The position numbers and the translations under genes are program-made. DNA of 64,000 nt from a virus (Duplodnaviria; Caudoviricetes): positions 1 through 64,000 of the IMG/VR virus record IMGVR_UViG_2898597404_000001. One strand, written 5' to 3'. Under the pieces are notes generated by a model. It did no database searches and was not told where the DNA came from. It was given only the letters and a program-made list of their open reading frames with translations. Positions 58,599 to 64,000 of this stretch are shown here, one piece after another (the stretch's first letter is position 1; each line of letters opens with the position of its first letter).

Positions 58599-59267
58599 AT
58601 GCGCGTGATCGTCACCTGCGCTGGACACCAGCGGAAATGGGGCGGCTACCTCGGCGTCCCCTCCCACCTCGCACCGCTGGCGGACGGCACCCCCCTGCTC
58701 CACCGCACCCTCGCCCAGGCCGCCAGGATCAGCGAGGACGTCCACTACACGACACCGAGCCGCCCCGGCTACGAGCCCCCGGCCGGCCTCCAGGACCGGG
58801 TGACCCGCCACGTCCGCGACGAGGACCACCCCTCCGAGTACGCCTCCACCCGCGACCTGTGGTCCACCACGGGCCGCACGGTCCTCATGCTCGGCGACTG
58901 CTACTTCACCGACGCCGCGGCCGCCGTGATCGGCGCGACGGACCGCCGGGACTACATCGTGTTCGGCCGCAAGGGACCCTCCAAGGTCACGAATACCCCG
59001 TGGGGAGAGATCTTCGCCGTGTCGTGGTGGCCCGAGCATCACGAGCTCCTGGACCGCCACCTCGCCGCCATCGCCGAGGTCCCCCGGACCGGGGCGACCA
59101 AGCGGCCGGACGGGTGGCTGCTGCTCCGCTCCATCCAGGGCACGCCCCTCGGCCTGCACCGGGTGGTGCCGCGCCACTTCCACGAGATCGACGACGCCAC
59201 CGACGACTTCGACTTCCCCGAGGACTACGACCGCCACCCGGCCACCCCGACCCCGGCCGCGCGATGA
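58599..59267 (+). CDS. Nucleotidyltransferase/GT-A-fold-like protein
   Basis: VIVTCAG..RKWGG..GVP.HL, LGDCYF, DDFDFPEDY. Confidence 0.65.
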   Translation: MRVIVTCAGHQRKWGGYLGVPSHLAPLADGTPLLHRTLAQAARISEDVHYTTPSRPGYEPPAGLQDRVTRHVRDEDHPSEYASTRDLWSTTGRTVLMLGDCYFTDAAAAVIGATDRRDYIVFGRKGPSKVTNTPWGEIFAVSWWPEHHELLDRHLAAIAEVPRTGATKRPDGWLLLRSIQGTPLGLHRVVPRHFHEIDDATDDFDFPEDYDRHPATPTPAAR

Positions 59268-59581
59268 CCGGCCGGGCGAGGGCAGGGGGGAGCATCTGCC
59301 CCGCGTGCCGCGTGTGCGCGGACCACGGGCTCCCGCACGTGTGCATCACCAGCGGGGACGACCTGTCGCCGGTGTTCGTCGAGCTGCCCGCCGACGCGCT
59401 CCAGCGGCTCCGTGAGGACCTGGAGGCGCATCCGGCCGCCCGGCCTGTTCTGCCGGGCGGCACGGTGCTGGAGGCGGCGGACTCGTCATGGTGCTTCTGC
59501 GGCGGGTGCCGGCGCGGGGGCCGGGTGGTAACCGCGCCAGCCACGCGCTCAGCGTCGCCAATCCGGACACGGCTCGTCTGA
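59264..59581 (+). CDS. Cys-rich hypothetical protein
   Basis: ATGA overlap; CPAC, CFCGGC. Confidence 0.4.
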   Translation: MTGRARAGGSICPACRVCADHGLPHVCITSGDDLSPVFVELPADALQRLREDLEAHPAARPVLPGGTVLEAADSSWCFCGGCRRGGRVVTAPATRSASPIRTRLV

Positions 59582-59661
59582 AGGCGTCCATGCCCTCCGA
59601 CCGTAGGCGGCGGCTCACCGGGGGTTCCCCGGACCGGGGAACTGTGGATAACCCGGCCCGG

Positions 59662-60093
59662 TCATGCCGCGTCCGGTGCCGGGTGGCCGATGCGCATCGT
59701 CTCGCGGCGCGCCCACCGGTAGGGCGTGATGGGGTGCCTGGTGCGGGACCAGGTTTCGATCACGACCGCTTCCGGGGTCGCCTCGACCACTGTGCCCATG
59801 ATCAGGGGCCCGCCGTTGGTGCCGGGCATGGACAGGATCTCGTCCCCGACCTCGGCCTGATGGAACTCCAGGACCTCCTTCCAGCGGTAGGTGCGGCCGT
59901 CCACCTCGGCCCAGTACCAGGTCGGGTAGGCGTCGTCCGGGCCGAGGAGGTGGCGCCTCCGCGCGGCCTCGTGCTGGCCCCAGGCGTCGCGCGGTACGCC
60001 GTGGCGGTCGAGGTGCTCCTGCAGCTCCCTGCGGGTTTCGCAGGCGGCGGCTCTGGAGGACGCGATCTCCGGGCCCGTTTCGAGAATCCACAT
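59662..60093 (-). CDS. Hypothetical protein
   Basis: RBS AAAGGAG. Confidence 0.65.
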   Translation of the reverse strand: MWILETGPEIASSRAAACETRRELQEHLDRHGVPRDAWGQHEAARRRHLLGPDDAYPTWYWAEVDGRTYRWKEVLEFHQAEVGDEILSMPGTNGGPLIMGTVVEATPEAVVIETWSRTRHPITPYRWARRETMRIGHPAPDAA

Positions 60094-60175
60094 CCGCGGA
60101 CTCCTTTCAGATCGGATAGGTAGGAGATGGGGCGGCCGGGGGCCGCTCCATCTCGCAGGGGATGTTCGCTGGTGA

Positions 60176-60547
60176 TCAGTTCCGCAGCTCGCCGGGGAAG
60201 ATCCGGTAGGTCCGGCCCCGGTACTGGACGATCAGGAAGAGCTTGTACTCGCCGGAGTGGTCCTCGACGTCGAAGTCGATGATCTCGACCTTGCGCAGGC
60301 CCGGCCTGATCATCGCGTTCCACGTGCGGCCGATCAGCATCTCGGCCTGGTCGAGGATCACGGCCTCGCTGCGGCTCCAGGTCACGACCCCGTCGGCCGT
60401 GCGCCGGGTACCCGGCTCGTTCCGGGCATCCTCGACCGCTCGGCGCTCCTTCTCGGCCATCTCACGAGCGATCTTGTCCTGCACGCTGCCGTAGTCGTTG
60501 ATCGCGTACCAGTCGGCTTCGAGCTGGATGTCGTGGATGGTGGCCAT
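60176..60547 (-). CDS. Hypothetical protein
   Basis: RBS AAGGAG, directly after promoter copy 8. Confidence 0.75.
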   Translation of the reverse strand: MATIHDIQLEADWYAINDYGSVQDKIAREMAEKERRAVEDARNEPGTRRTADGVVTWSRSEAVILDQAEMLIGRTWNAMIRPGLRKVEIIDFDVEDHSGEYKLFLIVQYRGRTYRIFPGELRN

Positions 60548-60579
60548 GTCTCTGTCTCCTTAGCGCTTTGCTGTTTGCT

Positions 60580-60617
60580 TATGTCTCTATTATAGGCCAA
60601 CTTTAGGGACATAGCAA
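60580..60617 (-). promoter_or_regulatory. Phage promoter/operator copy 8
   Basis: TATGTCTCT-ATTATA-GGCC-AACTTT-AGGGACATA; reverse complement TTGCTA-N17-TATAAT. Confidence 0.85.
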
Positions 60618-60682
60618 GCCGTGTGCGACCCGAGATGACAGAGCGCGGTGATGTCTGGCGCGGAGCCGCGCCCGCCGGTCGG

Positions 60683-60841
60683 TCAGGCCAGCTCCAGGCC
60701 CGCGTCCAGGCCGCACTGCGCGTGCGCGATCACCGAGTCGTCGCCCTTGGTGAACTCGCCCGCCTCCTCGATGGGGAACCCGTGGGCGTCGGTCTTGATC
60801 CGCTCGCCGCACAGCTCGCACGTTCTGTAGTCCTCGTCCAT
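60683..60841 (-). CDS. 52-aa CxxC...HxxC micro-protein (not in ORF track)
   Basis: MDEDYRTCELCGERIKTDAHGFPIEEAGEFTKGDDSVIAHAQCGLDAGLELA. Confidence 0.75.
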   Translation of the reverse strand: MDEDYRTCELCGERIKTDAHGFPIEEAGEFTKGDDSVIAHAQCGLDAGLELA

Positions 60842-60908
60842 GTCGCCTTCCTCTGCTCGGTGGTCGGGACCCTGGGCCGGGGGCGTCGCGCCCCCGGCCC
60901 CTCGCTCG

Positions 60909-61058
60909 TCAGGCCAGGCGCAGCCCGGCGTCCAGTCCGCACTGGCCGTGCGCGACGATCGTCTTGCCGCCTCGGATGAAGTGGCCGATGTCGCCGCCGT
61001 CCGGCATCTCGTCCTCGTCCTGCTCGAACGGCTCCTCGCACAGTTCGCATTCGTCCAT
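60909..61058 (-). CDS. 49-aa CxxC...HxxC micro-protein, paralog (not in ORF track)
   Basis: MDECELCEEPFEQDEDEMPDGGDIGHFIRGGKTIVAHGQCGLDAGLRLA. Confidence 0.75.
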   Translation of the reverse strand: MDECELCEEPFEQDEDEMPDGGDIGHFIRGGKTIVAHGQCGLDAGLRLA

Positions 61059-61084
61059 CTGGCTTCCGTTCCTCTCTGCGCTAT

Positions 61085-61122
61085 TCTGACTCTATTCTAG
61101 GCCAAATATAGGGACATAACAA
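61085..61122 (-). promoter_or_regulatory. Phage promoter/operator copy 9
   Basis: Reverse complement TTGTTA-N17-TAGAAT. Confidence 0.8.
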
Positions 61123-61164
61123 GCTGCGGGGCGTCCCGAGAGGACACCTGAACTGGCCGGACGC

Positions 61165-61431
61165 CTACCTCACGGCCGTGCGGTACAGACGCCACAGGAG
61201 CCGGAGCTGCTCCCGGCGCGGCCGCCCCGCCAGCGCGTACACCCTGAACGCGAACGCCGCGATCTCGGCCTCGCTCATGCCGTGCTCGTGCTGCGCGCAC
61301 CCGTCGACGAAGCCGCGGACCTCAAGGCCGGCCCTGCTCCGCCCCACGGTGCGGATCTCGGCCTCGGCCTTCGCGCCCGCAGCCCACCAGCGGTACTCGG
61401 GCGTGCCGGACGGCGGGGGGTCGGTCGTCAC
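61165..61431 (-). CDS. Hypothetical protein
   Basis: GTG start, phage-like codon usage. Confidence 0.5.
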   Translation of the reverse strand: MTTDPPPSGTPEYRWWAAGAKAEAEIRTVGRSRAGLEVRGFVDGCAQHEHGMSEAEIAAFAFRVYALAGRPRREQLRLLWRLYRTAVR

Positions 61432-61496
61432 GCGGCCATTGTGCAACGCGGCCCCCAGAGCGGCCGGGACGGCGCGCGGAGCCGTACAGTGCCCGG

Positions 61497-61661
61497 ATGG
61501 ACCCGACGCCCACCGCACCCGACCACCGCCAGGTCTACATCGAGTGCCCGCCGGAGTGGGGCCCGGGTCAGGCGCTGATCACCCGGCTGGAGCGGCTCGG
61601 CTACGACGTCGAGGACCACCGCGCGCTCGGCAGGGGCGAGCGATGGCTCACGCTCCGCTGA
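61497..61661 (+). CDS. 54-aa hypothetical protein
   Basis: MDPTPTAPDHRQVYIECPPEWGPGQALITRLERLGYDVEDHRALGRGERWLTLR. Confidence 0.45.
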   Translation: MDPTPTAPDHRQVYIECPPEWGPGQALITRLERLGYDVEDHRALGRGERWLTLR

Positions 61662-61725
61662 GAGGCCCGCTGCGGCCCTGGCGGTCGCTGGCCAGGGGAT
61701 TCACTGCCCCGACCTGCCACGTGAA

Positions 61726-61756
61726 GAAGGGGGGCAACCTGAGGTTGCCCCCCTTC
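61726..61756. promoter_or_regulatory. Palindrome GGGGGCAACC-N3-GGTTGCCCCC, copy 3
   Basis: GAAGGGGGGCAACC-TGA-GGTTGCCCCCCTTC. Confidence 0.7.
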
Positions 61757-61844
61757 CGCGTGCGGCGCGGTGCCTGGGGCTCACTGGCCGGGAAGCCTGC
61801 GCGGCCGCTCACAGGCGCGCTGAGCGCCTCGTGAGCGGCCGCGG

Positions 61845-62237
61845 CTAGAACTCGGTGTAGAGGCGGGCGATCGCGGCGGCCAGGAGGCGCGCGAGGTCGG
61901 CGGTCTCGGGGTCCTCCTCGGCCATCTCCGCGAGGGGGTCGGGGCTGCCGGGGTAGGGCCGCACCTGGGGGGCGTCGGTGGTGATGTGGGTGACCTGGAG
62001 GCTGCCCCGGAGACCCCAGTTCCCGATCTCGGCGGGCTCGCCCCCGCCCCCGAAGGTGACCTTGACCCCGTGCTCGGGGTTCTCGGGCGGCGTCGGCGGC
62101 TCGGCGACGAGCGGGCCGTGAATGGCCCTGTCGAACGACTCCACCAGGTAGGTGCGCGGCTCGCCGGGGGCGGTGTGGAAGTAGGAGACCATGAGGTCGA
62201 GGAACAGCACCTCGATCATCTCGGAGAACGGTTCCAT
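61845..62237 (-). CDS. Hypothetical protein
   Basis: RBS GAGGAGG, directly after promoter copy 10. Confidence 0.7.
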   Translation of the reverse strand: MEPFSEMIEVLFLDLMVSYFHTAPGEPRTYLVESFDRAIHGPLVAEPPTPPENPEHGVKVTFGGGGEPAEIGNWGLRGSLQVTHITTDAPQVRPYPGSPDPLAEMAEEDPETADLARLLAAAIARLYTEF

Positions 62238-62266
62238 GCGTTTCCTCCTCGGGGGCTACTGTCGCT

Positions 62267-62304
62267 TATGCCTCTATTATAGGCCAATTTCAGGGACATA
62301 ACAA
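62267..62304 (-). promoter_or_regulatory. Phage promoter/operator copy 10
   Basis: Reverse complement TTGTTA-N17-TATAAT-AGAGGCATA. Confidence 0.85.
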
Positions 62305-62345
62305 TCGAGTGGCGACCCCGCACGAACCACGAGAGCCCCTGCCGG

Positions 62346-62747
62346 TCAGCCCCGCAGCGTGACCGGCTCCTCGTCCGCGCACCCGCCCCCGACCCGGAAC
62401 GAGCGCACCTCCGGCGACCCGCCCCGCAGCGACACGATCAGGTAGTGGACCCCCGGATCCCACGCCGCCCGCACGTCCTCCCGCGACGGGTACGCGCCGC
62501 CGCGCGGATGCGAGTGGTACACCACCACCGGATCCTCCCCGCGCGCGTCCATCTCCCGCCACACCGCGAGCTGCTCCTCCGGATCGAACCGGAACCGCCG
62601 CCGCCGGTCGCCGGACGCGTTGGCCATCGGCACATGCCGGACCGGCCTGCCGCTGCCGGCCGGGCCCGCGACGATCCCGCACGCCTCGAACGGGTGCTCG
62701 GAGCGGGCGTGCTCCACGATCGCGTCGAGCAGCCCGCCGGAGATCAC
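62346..62747 (-). CDS. JAB/MPN+ (M67, Mec-like) metallopeptidase
   Basis: HARSEHPFEACG...YHSHP...YPSREDV JAMM motif. Confidence 0.88.
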   Translation of the reverse strand: MISGGLLDAIVEHARSEHPFEACGIVAGPAGSGRPVRHVPMANASGDRRRRFRFDPEEQLAVWREMDARGEDPVVVYHSHPRGGAYPSREDVRAAWDPGVHYLIVSLRGGSPEVRSFRVGGGCADEEPVTLRG

Positions 62748-63016
62748 GAGCCCCACGGGCGCCACCCGGACACGTAGCCGGGCCGGTCGTCGTAGGCCGA
62801 CGCCAGCAGCCGCAGCTCCTCGCACGGCGAGACGGCCTGGCACGACCGGCACCGCCGCGAGCCGTCCGCGCGCTCCGGGCCCGGCGCGTGCCGCGCCGCG
62901 ATCGCGCGCAGCGCGCGGATGATGCGCAGGGTCCGGTGCGGGTGCGCGAGCACCTGGCGCGCCTTCTGCGCGTCCGTGTCGAGCTGGTCCAGGTACCACG
63001 GGTAGAGCCCCTCCAC
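62744..63016 (-). CDS. DUF6221-like hypothetical protein
   Basis: PCEELRLLASAYDDRPGY..WRP. Confidence 0.7.
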   Translation of the reverse strand: MEGLYPWYLDQLDTDAQKARQVLAHPHRTLRIIRALRAIAARHAPGPERADGSRRCRSCQAVSPCEELRLLASAYDDRPGYVSGWRPWGS

Positions 63017-63198
63017 CCCCGCACCTCCCGAGACGGCGAACGATGATCCATAATCGCCCGCCTGGGCGTCCGGGGCCGCGCACCTCGCCGGGCTCCGCAC
63101 GGGTTCCCGCGACCCGCCCCGGCCGGAGCGGTCCGGCCGCTACGGTGCCGCCCGGGGGCGACCACCGGGGACCGCCGCCCGCACCGGAGGAGGAACCG

Positions 63199-63780
63199 TT
63201 GGTCATCGCCGTCTACCCCTCGGGGTCGATCAAGAAGGGCGTCGCGGACGAGAAGAAGGCGTGCTGGTCCGACACCGAGCGGGCCCAGGTCGCCGAGGGC
63301 GCCGCCCCGTCCGAGGTCGTCTTCTTCGAGAACGACGGCCCGCTGCCGGCCGGGATCAGCACGCGCGCGCAGTTCGGCCGGGACGTCTACCAGGTGGCCG
63401 CCTCGGACGTTGTGGTCGTCGACGCCAGGGAGCGGCGCGGCCTCGGCGTCGGGGTCGAGATGGCGGCCGCGGCCGCGTTCCGGGTCCCGATCCTCGTCGT
63501 CGCGCCCCGCAACACCAAGTACCGGGCCGACAGGCTGGCCTACCGGGGCACGGTCGTCGAGGACTACGTCCACCCGCACATCGCCGCGCTGGCCACGCTG
63601 ATCGTGGACGACTTCCGAGAGGCGGGGCGTCGGCTCCTCCGGACAGCCCGGTCCAAGCCCCTCAACCCCGTGATGGGCATGCCGTCCTGGCTGGAGGGCG
63701 CCTACGGCGAGTACCGGGACCGGGTGCTCCCCGGCGACCCGCCCATGCTGGCGCTCCTGGACCGGCTCGGACGCCGCTGA
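63199..63780 (+). CDS. Nucleoside 2'-deoxyribosyltransferase/N-glycosidase-like protein
   Basis: VYPSG, D...VAASDVVVVD, G.GVEMAAA...PILV. Confidence 0.7.
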   Translation: MVIAVYPSGSIKKGVADEKKACWSDTERAQVAEGAAPSEVVFFENDGPLPAGISTRAQFGRDVYQVAASDVVVVDARERRGLGVGVEMAAAAAFRVPILVVAPRNTKYRADRLAYRGTVVEDYVHPHIAALATLIVDDFREAGRRLLRTARSKPLNPVMGMPSWLEGAYGEYRDRVLPGDPPMLALLDRLGRR

Positions 63781-63796
63781 CACGACACCGCGCAGA

Positions 63797-63826
63797 AGGC
63801 GGCCCCCGGACGATCGGGGGCCGCCT
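63797..63826. terminator. Terminator hairpin between convergent genes
   Basis: AGGCGGCCCCCG-loop-CGGGGGCCGCCT. Confidence 0.65.
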
Positions 63827-63835
63827 CTCACTGTC

Positions 63836-64000
63836 TCAGAGCCCGCGCCGGAGCCGGACGCCGGTGAGGTAATCGTCCATGACCTTGTTGTGGCGCGCGT
63901 CGGCGAGGGCGTTGTGCTGGCCCTCTTCCTGCCTCGGGAGCTCGTCGACGCCGAGGCAGTGCATCTCCTGGCGGATGTCCCAGGTCCACATGGGCACGCC
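63836..64000 (-). CDS. C-terminus of DEDDh 3'-5' exoribonuclease (Rv2179c/RNase AS-like)
   Basis: GVPMWTWDIRQE...HNALADARHN. Confidence 0.75.
   Translation of the reverse strand, partial: GVPMWTWDIRQEMHCLGVDELPRQEEGQHNALADARHNKVMDDYLTGVRLRRGL

Larger units (their letters stand above)
325..64000. mobile_element. Integrated siphovirus-like prophage (right end outside window)
   Basis: att-like tRNA fragment next to a tyrosine integrase, repressor, replication, terminase, portal, capsid and tail genes; phage promoter/operator motif recurs out to 62.3 kb. Confidence 0.95.

Noticed and set aside
59643-59651. Perfect DnaA box TGTGGATAA as a second origin
   Set aside because: Single copy with no iterons or AT-rich unwinding element; insufficient evidence

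Overview
Nearly the whole window is one long-tailed (siphovirus-type) temperate prophage of a high-GC actinomycete. It is bounded on the left by a displaced 3' fragment of tRNA-Pro(CGG) (att site, 325-367) and runs past the right edge. Left to right: tyrosine integrase; Xre(DUF5753)/DUF397/SAM-methyltransferase cassette; immunity switch; excisionase-like HTH genes plus a near-identical BldC homologue; AAA ATPase; UvrD helicase; a replication gene with iterons, an AT-rich tract and a DnaA box; many small early genes including tandem paralogs; an ArdC-like gene; a ~1.8-kb non-coding array of 33 structured 28-nt repeats; a nine-gene modification operon (ParB-like, cupin, DegT aminotransferase, Ino1, two GT25-like enzymes, two PAPS-reductase-family proteins, IbrB-like ParB); head and tail genes with a G-GGA-AAG frameshift; and right-arm cargo (nucleotidyltransferase-like, Zn micro-proteins, JAB protease, NDT-like, DEDDh exonuclease). 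Most notable are (i) the cas-less repeat family with co-varying stems, which always lies in sense orientation just after a gene, (ii) the inositol/amino-sugar modification operon next to it, and (iii) ten sigma70-type promoters, each overlaid by the same ~34-bp palindrome. All protein calls come from motif recognition by eye; no database search was run.
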